Part shown: positions 26,412-37,769 of the stretch, in pieces | Layout of the letters: each line of letters starts with the position of its first letter | How positions within the stretch are numbered: the first letter of the stretch is position 1 | Assembly (NCBI GenBank): GCA_032718475.1 | Contig: JAUCBJ010006987.1 | Location: 1-62,830 of the forward strand | Direction: 5' to 3' | Length of the DNA: 62,830 nucleotides | From: Nemertoderma westbladi | Lineage: Eukaryota > Animalia > Xenacoelomorpha | Position numbers and translations under genes: made by a program | The notes under the pieces: model-generated | What the model saw: only the letters and a program-made list of their open reading frames with translations | What the model was told of the DNA's origin: nothing | The model's database searches: none

Positions 26412-26838
26412 ACTTCCATTAAAGTATTTACGCGGATTTCTGCAACAATCGTGTAAATAAATTAATACATTTGGGCAGCTTCGAAGTACATATAAAATAA
26501 TTAATAATTAAAGTAATTAAGTTAATTATTGGAATTCACAATAATTAAATTTATTAATATATGCCTAAATATACCGGTAAGTTAAATAAATAATTATAAA
26601 GTAATTAAATAATTATTTCCGGCACAATTGACAATATGTTGATCTAAGAAAAATAACCGAACCGTGAGGTGTTTCTTTAATATCTGAATATAAAATGTGT
26701 TTAATATGGTCTCACTTTCGCCAATCAGCCAATGGTATACATTTGCGGCCAATTAAATTTAATTCAATATCAGATGGCTCTGCCATTAATTTATTTTCAC
26801 GATTGTTGCAGAAATCCGCGTAATTACTTTAATGGAAC
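26412..26838. repeat. Inverted repeat pair (~55-bp arms), probable MITE remnant
   Basis: TTCCATTAAAGTATTTACGCGGATTTCTGCAACAATCGTG at ~26414 is inverted at ~26798-26838. Confidence 0.7.
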
Positions 26839-28790
26839 AGTCTATTAATTTTTTTACGCGGTTGAGGTCAGGAGGCGGGAGGTACAAATCCACGTAAATC
26901 GGTAAATACTTTAATGGAAGCCTTTTATGAAATTAAAGATTTTACGTATGGCCGCCTGGCCGCTTTGGGCCTCCGTCAGACCGTATGTGACAGACTTACC
27001 TCGATATGTATAATTTTATTTTAATTGACCTGGTTCTGTGGATGTGTAAATTGTAGGCTAACTAATAATTAGGTTAAAAGGCTGTATTTATTCTTTGTAT
27101 ATATTTATAATGGATGTTGATGGAATTATGTTTACTGGGGGGTTCCCTGAAGAAGCAAACGATGGCGCCGGTTTCGAATGTTTACCATTAACACTATGCG
27201 AAGAGGAGGAGACGGCGAATGATGGTTTTGCCTGCACGGGTGGTTTCGGTTCTGGTGAGGTTGAGCCAGTGTATGTATACCACGTTGCTACCTGCTAGGC
27301 CTCTAGTATCCACCGCGACGAGTTTGTTTCCATTAGTAGAGATAAACATAAACGAGAACTCTAATACATCTTGTAATTCCGATTCGGCAGATATATTGGG
27401 AAGAAAGATCGCAAATTTAAATTCGAAGCGATTAAAAACAACCGATGCCAGTAGGAAAACTGAATTGACCCAAGAGATAAAGGTGCTGATAAAGAGGTCG
27501 ACGAAAGTCCGTAAAAAGGAGAATCTGGCAATCGGCACTCCCCGGTCCAATATAGGTTAGAATTTTTACTAATCATAATTTTGACCTAGATCTTACTTAA
27601 ACTCTCATGCATCTAACAGTCTACAGTCTAAATAGATATCTGACATTACAGCATTATTGCATTTACCTCATTAAAAAAATTAAATAAAAAGAATTATACG
27701 ATGGTATAGAAAAATAATATAGGCCTACTCTGTTTAATTTGCTTGTTTATAATTATTATACATTCCATCCCGCAGGACAAACAGTGCACCAACATAGAGG
27801 GAAACAGCGGAGTGGGAAACTGTCTGGGGAGCAGTTGGTAAGATACAGGAGACGATACGCCGAACAATTCGCAAATTTGGTTATTTTATTTCGAAATAAT
27901 AATTGCTAATTATAATCTTCCTAGATTATAAAATACTATGTTCGTAACTAAAAAAAAACGATATTTTACTGTAAAAACGTTTTATTTTATAGGTTCAAAA
28001 ACACCACACAAAGACTGAAGATAGTGTCTTCATGATTGTAAGTGGGGGAACCAAGAAGCTCAATCAGTGGAATGCCGCTGAGGCATTCGTACCATTATTC
28101 GACGGGTTTCGGAAACATGGAACTGAGAAAGTAGTTGTTAGTTCATTCACATATACTATTAGAAAAATCTTACTTCGTTGGCCAACTTTCTCTACGAAAT
28201 ATACAAAACAAACTCTTTCTGTTTTCTTTTATTTATAATTTTTGCCACAAAATATCACCACAAAATTTTCACAAACAAAACTCCCTTCCATCCTTTATCA
28301 GAAGGTTGTACCTGTGTCTCTTGTGGTGACTGCTGCCGACAGCGCTACCACACGTACCTCGTACCCAAACCCCGCTCAACTCGCAACTGGCTAAAAACTG
28401 AATTTATTTACCTGTTTATTCATTTTTACGTTATTCTCCGTTTACCCCACCCGGGGGTGTATCTTATATTATTATTTGCATTATATTATTTATTTATCAG
28501 GGGGCAATTTCTAATGTGATTGAAGCTGACGATAACACGAAATCAGCCACATCTGAATCCACACCTATCTTGAATACCACAACACCAGAGCGTCCGTGAG
28601 TACAGTCGAGTCGACGTATTGCTTCATTCTCACCAAGAAGGCCGGTGTCATCTACCCGTGTATGTATCTTATATAATTATATTTACTTATGTTATATACC
28701 AATGTCGGCCACCAGTGCAGTGTCGGCACATGTGTCCAGGGATGGCATAACGGAACGAAAGACATTTCAATTTCGTGTCGTTTTCAAAAA

Positions 28791-30317
28791 GTGTCTGCAC
28801 CTGTGTCGGTCACCAGTGCCTGCACCTGTGATGGTCACCAGTGTCTGCACCTGTGTCGGTCACCAGTGTCTGCACCTGTGTCGGTCACCAGTGTCTGCAC
28901 CTGTGACGGTCACCAGTGTCTGCACCTGTGTCGGTCACCAGTGTCTGCACCTGTGTCGATCACCAGTGTCTGCACCTGTGCCGGTCACCAGTGTCTGCAC
29001 CAGTGTCGGTCACCAGTGTCTGCACCTGTGTCGGTCACCAGTGTCTGCACCTGTGACGGTCACCAGTGTCTGCACCTGTGTCGATCACCAGTGTCTGCAC
29101 CTCTGTGGGTCACCTGTGTCTGCACCTGTGTCGGTCACCAGTGTCTTCACCTGTGTCGATCACCAGTGTCTGCACCTGAGTCGGTCACCAGTGTCTGCAC
29201 CTGTGTCGGTCACCAGTGTCTGCACCTGTGTCGGTCACCAGTGTCTGCATCTGTGTCGGTCACCAGTGTCTGCACCTGAGACGGTTACCAGTGTCTGCAC
29301 CTGTGTCGGTCACCAGTGTCTGCACCTGTGTCGATCACCAGTGTCTGCACCTGAGTCGGTCACCAGTGTCTGCACCTGTGTCGGTCACCACTGTCTGCAC
29401 CTGTGTCGGTCACCAGTGTCTGCACCTGTGTCGATCACCAGTGTCTGCATCTGAGTCGGTCACCAGTGTCTGCACCTGTGTCGGTCACCAGTGTCTGCAC
29501 CTGTGTCGGTCACCAGTGTCTGCACCCGTGTCGATCACCAGTGTCTGCACCTGAGTCGGTAACCAGTGTCTGCACCTGTGTCGGTCACCAGTGTCTGCAC
29601 CTGTGTCGGTCACCAGTGTCTGCACCTGTGTCGGTCACCAGTGTCTGCATCTGTGTCGGTCACCAGTGTCTGCACCTGAGTCGGTTACCAGTGTCTGCAC
29701 CTGAGTCGGTTACCAGTGTCTGCACCTGTGTCGGTCACCAGTGTCTGCACCTGAGTCGGTCACCAGTGTCTGCACCTGTGTCGGTCACCAGTGTCTGCAC
29801 CTGTGTCGATCACCAGTGTCTGCACCTGTGTCGGTCACCAGTGTCTGCACCTGTGTCGGTCACCAGTGTCTGCACCTGTGTCGGTCACTAGTGTCTGCAC
29901 CTGTGTCGTCACCAGTGTCTGCACGTGTGTCGATCACCAGTGTCTGCACCTGTATCGGTCACCAGTGTCTGCACCTGTGTCGGTCACCAGTGTCTGCACC
30001 TGTGTCGGTCACCAGTGTCTGCACCTGTGTCGATCACCAGTGTCTGCACCTGAGTCGGTCACCAGTGTCTGCCTGCACCTGTGTCAGTCATCAGTGTCTG
30101 CACCTGTGTCTGTCACCAGTGTCTGCACCTGTGTCGGTCAACAGAGTCTGCACCTGAGTCGGTTACCAGTGTCTGCACCTGTGTCGGTCACCAGTGTCTG
30201 CACCTGTGTCGGTCACCACACCAGTGTCTGCACCTTGTCGATCACCAGTGTCTGCACCTGTGTCGGTCACCAGTGTCTGCACCTGTGTCGCTCACCAGTG
30301 TCTGCACCTGTGTCGGT
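28791..30317. repeat. Minisatellite, 25-bp unit CACCAGTGTCTGCACCTGTGTCGGT (~60 copies)
   Basis: Directly visible tandem array. Confidence 0.97.
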
Positions 30318-30976
30318 AAGTAAATACTAAAGTACTCCGTGCATATACGAGACTTAGATGGGAAACTTGGACTTTCTACCGTCTAATTTTAATAAATTAC
30401 ACATTATTATTATTAGTTAACACATAACACATTAGAGTTTAAACGGGATCATAATTTCGGGATTACCACCTATTTTATGGATATGACATTATATTGGTTG
30501 AAATAAATAAATAAATCATATGTACACCTACCCCCCCCCCCCCCCCCCCCCCCCTCGTTGTGGGAGTAAGATTCGATTTAATATATATTTTTTATTTTAC
30601 AGTGTCTGGGCCCATCTATATTGCACTGGCCTGGTTGAGAAGAAAGATATGGAGAATGAAAAATGGCGATTGCAAAGAACGATTCCATGCGTTTTAAATA
30701 GAATCCAATTTTTTTTCTAAAAAATGTTCTAGAACAAAAAATATTTGTTCTAGAACATAATTTTTAAAAAAAATGAATAGCTAACATCTTCTGGAACATT
30801 TTCTATACAAATAGTAAAAATAACTAGCTACTACAAGATATTTATAGAGGGAAGTAGGATGTCGGAACCAGTGTCGAAATTACTAGCTAAACCCATCTAA
30901 AACACTATAGCTACCATAACAATTTTGTATCTTACTACTAGTACTAGGATCGGCATGCTGCATTGCAGCTGCATTT

Positions 30977-33285
30977 TTAAGAATGCTGTGCCGGCTTATC
31001 GACAAAATTGCACCGCCACAACTCCCTATCACCCATGACATTTGCTAGATCATCCGCATCTTCAAGGCCAGTGTCCTTTAAGATGCGTCTCAAGAAAGTC
31101 ATGGGCTGTCCACCATGCTTATTCACTCCATGAGGCTGCCAAAGTACAAGATTATGCACTGGCTGGTCCTCACGGCGAAAGCAATGTCCTACAAAGCGGA
31201 GGCGATTTTGTTCTAGTGTCAAACTTGGGGGAACCAATGAGACACCTCCAATGTTATATAGTGTCTGGTTGGAGATGTGTGCATTGAACTTGACACAATG
31301 AACCCGGCGTAGCATTCTTGTGAATGTGCCATCCAGAGATTTGGTGTCCTCAGCAGTTAGAGCCCAGCATGGACTCCCATAGAGGAGTACTGGAACTAAT
31401 GCTGCTCTAAATAACCGGACCTTAAGTTTCCGATTAATTCTCGGTGACTTCCAAATCCTGGAAAGCCTATTCAAGGCTGCCCATGCCTTTCCCTTACGTA
31501 TTCGAAGGTCCTCACCTGACTTCCGTATCCATGATCCCAGGTAACAGAAGTCATCCACATGCTCAAGCATACCCTCTTTTGAGCTTATGCTCATCCGATC
31601 AGAGACTTGCTGAGGACTTTCAAAGTTAACTGTCAAAATTTTGGTCTTTCTGGAGTTAATAAAAAGACCAACACGAGGAGCCGTTGGGCTCCCTCTAGTG
31701 ATTCTGAGAGTACTCCTAAGTCATCAGCAAAGTCTAGATCAGTTAGGTACTTGGCAGGATTTCTTCGACTTCTGGAGCCAGTAGGTGGAGTTATCATCAC
31801 CCCATCATCATTATGATGATCTAAGGACATGCGTAGAACATAGTCAACAACAATTATGAACAAGAATGGTGCAAGTGTGTCTCCCTGGAGGACGCCCCAT
31901 AACACTTCAAATGGTTCTGTGTCACCGTCAACAGTAGACACAAATGTTGTCGAACCATCGTATATTGATCTGATTGCTGCAATAATTTCATCATGAATCC
32001 CATATAATGAAAGTATGCTGCACATACGTGAGCGAGAGACTGAATCAAAGGCCTTGAAGAGGTCAACAAAGATAACAGCCAGATGCCTGTCTTTCTTTTT
32101 TGATAACTCTTCAATTATCCTTCCAAGTGCCAAAATGGGCTCCATGGTCCCACGACCTTTACGGAACCCATTCTGATTTCCACGGAGCAGTCTCTCAATG
32201 GGATCCCTGATGCGATTTAATAGAATTCTATTGTATAGCTTTGCAGCAATCGAGATCAATGAGATTCCCCGAAAAGAACCATAGAGTGTTAGGTTGCCCT
32301 TCTTGGGAACTGGCACCAACTTATTTGTTTTCATTTCTTGTGGGACTCTTGTTGTACGGTACATGTCTTACTATGATGGGATAGATGAGCTTTAAACACT
32401 CAGGTATTTTAAAGACCTCAGGGGGAACACCATCTACTCCACTGGCACGATTGGTCTTAATGCTCTTTGCAGCAGCCTTCACTTCTGCAAAGGAGATATC
32501 ACCAATGGGAATATCTGGGAGTACAGACTCAGACACTTTTACTTCTATAAAGTTATCAGGCAATACCCTGTCATTATTGAGGAGCTTTTCAAAGTGGGCC
32601 TTCCAACCATTGAGGCGATCGGCTGGTGATTTAGCCTTAACCTTGGTGGTTGGTTGGCTTTTTCGACCAGCAAGCAAGTTGATCGATCTCCATGCCTGGG
32701 ATGATTGCCTGCTGTCGTCAGCATCATTGATGGCATCAACCTGTTGGTTTATTAGCTCCTGTAAATTAACAGAGTACTGCCTGTTCAGAGACCTAGATGC
32801 AGCAGCCTTAACTGCATTCTTGGCCGCTGTAGTCTGTTTGAGTCGGGACTCTTTCTGCGCCTTATATAGGTCATTTCGGCACTTCTGGATTTTGTTGTCA
32901 GTACAGGGGGCCCTTTTCCTATTTCGAGGGTATACAGGAACTGTTTCTGCAGCTGCTAACTTAACTGCTTCTGTGAAGGCAGTATAGCCCTCACAGTGAT
33001 CTGCCGCCTCAGAGGCAAGAACCTCATACCTGTTACTCAGCTGTAGTGTGAAGCTGGATCTCACACTTGGCTGTTGCAACAGAGAGGACCAGTCATGCCG
33101 CGGCAAGGCAGATTTCGTTGTTCTGCTAGCACGCAGACTAAGTCTTACCTTGGCCACAATAAGGCGGTGATCACTGGAGAAGGGTCGAAGTGTAAATGCA
33201 TTACAGTCTTGTATAGAGCTCCTGTACTTCCTATGAAACAGAATATGGTCTATCTGGGACTTGTGACCACTGGGTCCACTATAGC
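30977..33285 (-). mobile_element. 5'-truncated, frameshifted RTE/RTE-X-type LINE (end of AP endonuclease plus RT)
   Basis: SQIDHIL...SDHRL (APE C-terminus, ~33160-33260), then VPVPKKGN, RGISL, NQNGFRKGRGT, FVDLFKAFDSV, GVLQGDTLAPFLF, LDFADD, YLGS. Split over three ORFs. Confidence 0.92.
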
Positions 33286-35389
33286 TTTCCAGTCCAGAGT
33301 TCCTTAGTTCCTTAGTCCAGAGCCGCGACCTGCCGACTGGGTGCGACCATTAGTCGCTAAAAACGTGTCGATTGGTATTTGCGTCGAGTTTCCCCCCCCC
33401 CCCCCCCCCCCCTCCCCCCCTGTCTCGGCCAGGAACAAGTCCAGCAGCGAGATCAGGTCTGGCTTTGTATTGCTGTGACCCCCGAAACAAATGCTTCCCA
33501 ACACAAGAAACATCGTTGCAAATTTCATTTCTTAAGCAGTAAAAAAAGATTTAGGTATCTAGGTAGGATCTAAGTAAAAAGGATTTTAGACTTTGGATAT
33601 AAATTTTGTAGATCTTTGGCGACGTTTCTGTGAGTTTTTCCAAAGTCTACATTTTGCGCGGTCTATAAACTTATCCAAAGTGAATGATTTTAGTCTCGGC
33701 GGGGAACAAACAGTCTATTTTTATCGAATGTGATTTATTTCATGGTTGAGTACCTTGAAATATATATAAAATAGTGGCGACTCAATATAAACATCTCAAC
33801 GTTACCAATTTTATAGCACCTCGAAAATGGACGAATTCAAGATCTACATTTCTGTTTTAGTTGTTGTTTTGTTACATTCTTGGCAATATCTTCGCCATAG
33901 GAGATGATATGGTCACATCCATTGGTTATATAGAAAGCACATAAAATTATCTCAAAAATCGGCTCGTAATTGTGCCACTAGACCTAATTCACCAGTAACA
34001 GTGAACCGAACCTTCAAAGTTCGGTGATATTTTTTGAGTTTCAAACCCCCTGTTTCCAGTGACGAAATAAATATGTATTTAAGTCGTATTTATGTCCGGT
34101 ACCAAATTTTCATATTGTCTCATATATTGTCTCACATATTGTCTCTTCAAAACATATAAAATCTAAAACATGTCTGCCTTGGGTATCTCTGGAGCTGCGT
34201 ACTAAAAACGTATACTTTTAAAGTTGCGCCCAAGATCTACACTGGATCTACTATAAACAGAAAAAATACAAATACCCTGACAAATACAAACACCTGATAC
34301 CTGAGGATTCGATACGCCCTAGTCGAGTAGTCTGGTCGCTGCTCGCGCTCCCCGCGCTCTAGGCGTCGGTGCAGCCAGCCACCATTTGAGTTTGGGAACG
34401 CCACCGCTCCACGGTTCCGGCTGTGGTATCTGGACCTAGGGACCGGCATCAATCTCTAGCTTAGGACGACGGCAGACATACAGACGGCGAGGAGATTCGT
34501 GCTTCCTTCGGATTTCTCTCTTTTCCTTCCTCCGGATTTCGGCATCAATCTCTAGCTTAGGACGACGGCAGACAGACAGACGGCGAGGAGATTCGTGCTC
34601 CCTTCGGATTTGGTGCATCGTCTATCTATATTGAAGTTTCGCTTCCCTCCACGCCTCAACCTTGACAGCCTGGCGACGGCTCCACCGCCATCCGGAGTGA
34701 CACAGCCAGACAGCTAGAACTATGGGTCGGACAGGGACAACATCTGACATCCATTACCGGAGTGGAGGACGACGACGGCCGTTATTCGACTTGCGGGACG
34801 GACACCTCAGCGCGTTCAGTGAAGGTTAGACTTGGTACAGGTTTGCGGGTCGATCAAGTTAGATCGACCCGATCCGACCCGACCATCACTCATTATCCAG
34901 ACTGCAAAGCGTTTCTTGTTGTACCCTTTATGTTTGTCTGTTTTGTGTTTATGTCTGTTTGTGTGTGTTCAGTAACTTTTTAATTGATGTTACTGCACTC
35001 TCAATCATCACTGTTTATATTGTTTCCTGTTGCATTTTTTAAGTCCGTCTGTTCGTGTTAGGTTATGTCTGTTATGCTACTGCACTAATACAACACTGCA
35101 GACCATTAGTATTTTTGATTGCAAACCATCTCTAAATTTCTATTATTATTGTTGCATAATGGTAATTTCCAAAGAAAGCTTGAACTGTGTCCATTGTACT
35201 CAATATCATATTATCTAATTATTTGCTGCACAATTAATTAATTATTGATTTATGTATTGACCAGTCATACATGTTAATAATTTTAGTACCAATAGCTTTT
35301 TCTCTTACATGTCAATTTGTGCCCTACATTAGAGTCTAGAATTGTAATATTTATTTCACTGTCACAGTACATAGTAGTCATCCAACCGC

Positions 35390-36196
35390 ATGATGAACCT
35401 TGAAGATAGCATCATATGCCTTTCTGAAAGCGTCATCCGCCATGACCCACCTCCTGACACTGAAAATAGCTACTCATTATCAGGTGTCCTTATGTCTGAA
35501 AGTGACATAGAGCGGCTCAATGACCCCAAAGGGTGGTTATCCGACAACCTAATAGATGCTGTCATTAGCCACCTATGTGGCCAATACCCTGGTAGGACTA
35601 AGGTGTTCAACGCTCATTTTCTAGACACTTTTTCGAACCGCGGCTCTCATATAACGCAACGTCAAATTGATACTAGCATACTCCAGTATGACTTCCTGTT
35701 CTTTACAGTCAATATTAGGGGATACCACTGGGCTCTGGCTGTTGTGCGTCCCAAAGCCCGGGTCATATTTTACTTTGATTCTATGGCGTGGCCTAACCCG
35801 GGCACTTTAAATACCATACAACGATGGGTCTCTTTTGAGGCATCTAGGTGTAACGTGACCATCCCTCCTTTTATGGTACGCCAGCTCCCCAAGAGACTTC
35901 AGTACGACGGCTCAAGTTGTGGCGTCTACGTTATCAGGTTTGTTAAGATGTGTTTGGATGGAGGTTCACTCGACGGTATAAATGATAATTCCATCGGTAC
36001 TTTTAGGGCTTGGGTGGCCTCCCTTGTGAAATCATCAGCCACTGTGATCCCACCTGCCACCCCAATTAACACTACCGCCCAACATGCCCCCCCTCCTACC
36101 TGCCCCTCACAAACCGGATCCCCCCCCATCCGGACACCCCACAAACTGATCCCCCCATCCACCCCATCAGGACCACCGCAAAAAAGGTCCACCTAA
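35390..36196 (+). CDS. Ulp1/SENP-like (peptidase C48) cysteine protease domain of the retrotransposon
   Basis: WLSDNLID, YHWALAVV (His), YFDSM (Asp), LQYDGSSCGVYV (Gln, catalytic Cys): a complete C48 triad. Confidence 0.85.
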   Translation: MMNLEDSIICLSESVIRHDPPPDTENSYSLSGVLMSESDIERLNDPKGWLSDNLIDAVISHLCGQYPGRTKVFNAHFLDTFSNRGSHITQRQIDTSILQYDFLFFTVNIRGYHWALAVVRPKARVIFYFDSMAWPNPGTLNTIQRWVSFEASRCNVTIPPFMVRQLPKRLQYDGSSCGVYVIRFVKMCLDGGSLDGINDNSIGTFRAWVASLVKSSATVIPPATPINTTAQHAPPPTCPSQTGSPPIRTPHKLIPPSTPSGPPQKRST

Positions 36197-36329
36197 ACCA
36201 GATCTCCCCAAACCAGATTCCCATAAACCAGACCCTACAAACGCAGATCACCATAAAGAAAAACCAGATCCCCCAAAACCAGACCCCCCTCAACCAGATC
36301 GACCTAAACCAAACCCCATCAAACCCCAT

Positions 36330-37769
36330 CAACCAGATCTCCCTCAACAAGAACCCCCTAAACCAGATCCCCCTAAACCAGATCCCCCTAAACCGGATCC
36401 CCCTATACATGATACCCATGCTAAACCAGACCCCCCACAACCAGATCCCACTAAACCGGATCCCCCTACACATGATACCCTTGCCAAACCAGACCCCCCT
36501 AAACCTGACCCCACTAAGCCTGATACCCCTAAACCAGCTCCAGCTTCCACTAGCAGCAAGCATTCTACTAGATCAACCACGTCTAGTCAGATAAACCAAC
36601 CGCAACCGCCCCAACAGACCCTTCAGGCCAAGGAAATCAACAAACAGTGCCACCAGTGCCACTCTGTTAATTTAAGGAAACAAACTATTAGCTGCAACCA
36701 TTGCACATTGATATTTCACCTCTCATGCATCGGTATGACCAAAGCTCAAGCTGCTCTCAGTAAGGCTTGGCAGTGTGATCATTGTTCGACATGTGCAGAC
36801 GAGACAGACAACACAGGCAATACCTCTCATAGGATCGCGAGCCAACATTCAACAAACAAAGTTCCCCTGCAACCCAAACCTGATGAGATCGACGAAGTGA
36901 CCAAAACACCATCTCATGACACGCAGATCCACCCGAATAACATTTGTAAACGGCAGGACGCTAATGGTAACATTGTTATAAGCAACAACCAATCAGACAC
37001 CCAAAGACAATTTTCCCAGTCTCCTAGTTCAACGGGTTCCAATCGGGTAATATGCAGTTCCTGCACACATGCTTGTCTAAGGAATGCAGATGGCAAAATC
37101 CGTCGTCACAAAGGTATAGATGGTTTCTGCCCCGGGTCTGGCTCCTTCCATTCCCAACATAATGACTCTTCCCAATGTAATGTACCACGGACCACCAACT
37201 CAGATGATTGCACTGCCAGTGTTGGGCCCCCTCCTGACCCATCTACACAGACTGCATTGCTTACAGCCATGGACCTCCTTGCCATCATCCGCTCAGCTAG
37301 ATGCCGGGTTCTTAAGTTCATCCCACGCGGCTCTAGGATAAAGTTCTCCCTCTGCTTCCAGGATGTTATCCACAAGGTTTTACGTGATCCTACAAACACT
37401 CTTAATTGGCGTAACATGCTAATTATGCCTCAGTTATGCCTCAGGAAACCTGACAGAGGAGGCCGTAACCGCCGTGTCTCACTTGCAACACTGATAAACA
37501 AACAGATCTGTGCATTTGTCTCATCACCTGACCCATCATGCCTCATTAAGCCACTGCCTAACAGATCAACAAAGGGAAAACCAAATGGTAAACCAATTAG
37601 TGACGAACAATTACTTGAAAGGATTGCAACAGCAGTCGCAGAAAAACTTGACGAAGGTGATGTTAGGGGTGCAATCCGTATTGCTTGCTCAATCAACTCT
37701 CTCGCACCATTCGATGCAGTAACCCAACAGATCGCCGTGAATTCCCAGCATCCTCTGTTCCTCCACTAA
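36330..37769 (+). CDS. (P)KPDP repeats, PHD finger and CCHC zinc finger region of the retrotransposon polyprotein
   Basis: The frame upstream of the listed 36708 start is open and reads CHQC..SCNHC..FHLSC..WQCDHC (C4HC3 PHD). Later comes CSSC...RHKG...CPGSG. Confidence 0.75.
   Translation, partial: QPDLPQQEPPKPDPPKPDPPKPDPPIHDTHAKPDPPQPDPTKPDPPTHDTLAKPDPPKPDPTKPDTPKPAPASTSSKHSTRSTTSSQINQPQPPQQTLQAKEINKQCHQCHSVNLRKQTISCNHCTLIFHLSCIGMTKAQAALSKAWQCDHCSTCADETDNTGNTSHRIASQHSTNKVPLQPKPDEIDEVTKTPSHDTQIHPNNICKRQDANGNIVISNNQSDTQRQFSQSPSSTGSNRVICSSCTHACLRNADGKIRRHKGIDGFCPGSGSFHSQHNDSSQCNVPRTTNSDDCTASVGPPPDPSTQTALLTAMDLLAIIRSARCRVLKFIPRGSRIKFSLCFQDVIHKVLRDPTNTLNWRNMLIMPQLCLRKPDRGGRNRRVSLATLINKQICAFVSSPDPSCLIKPLPNRSTKGKPNGKPISDEQLLERIATAVAEKLDEGDVRGAIRIACSINSLAPFDAVTQQIAVNSQHPLFLH

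Noticed and set aside
27776-28594. Exon-like blocks with AG/GT signals separated by ~100-bp AT-rich gaps (possible spliced gene)
   Set aside because: The splice phases I tested do not join into an open frame, and no protein family is recognisable. RNA-seq would be needed.
33608-34240. GTAGATCTT(T/G)GGCG inverted termini suggesting a MITE between the RTE and CRE elements
   Set aside because: Short imperfect IR and no TSD, which is too weak to call.
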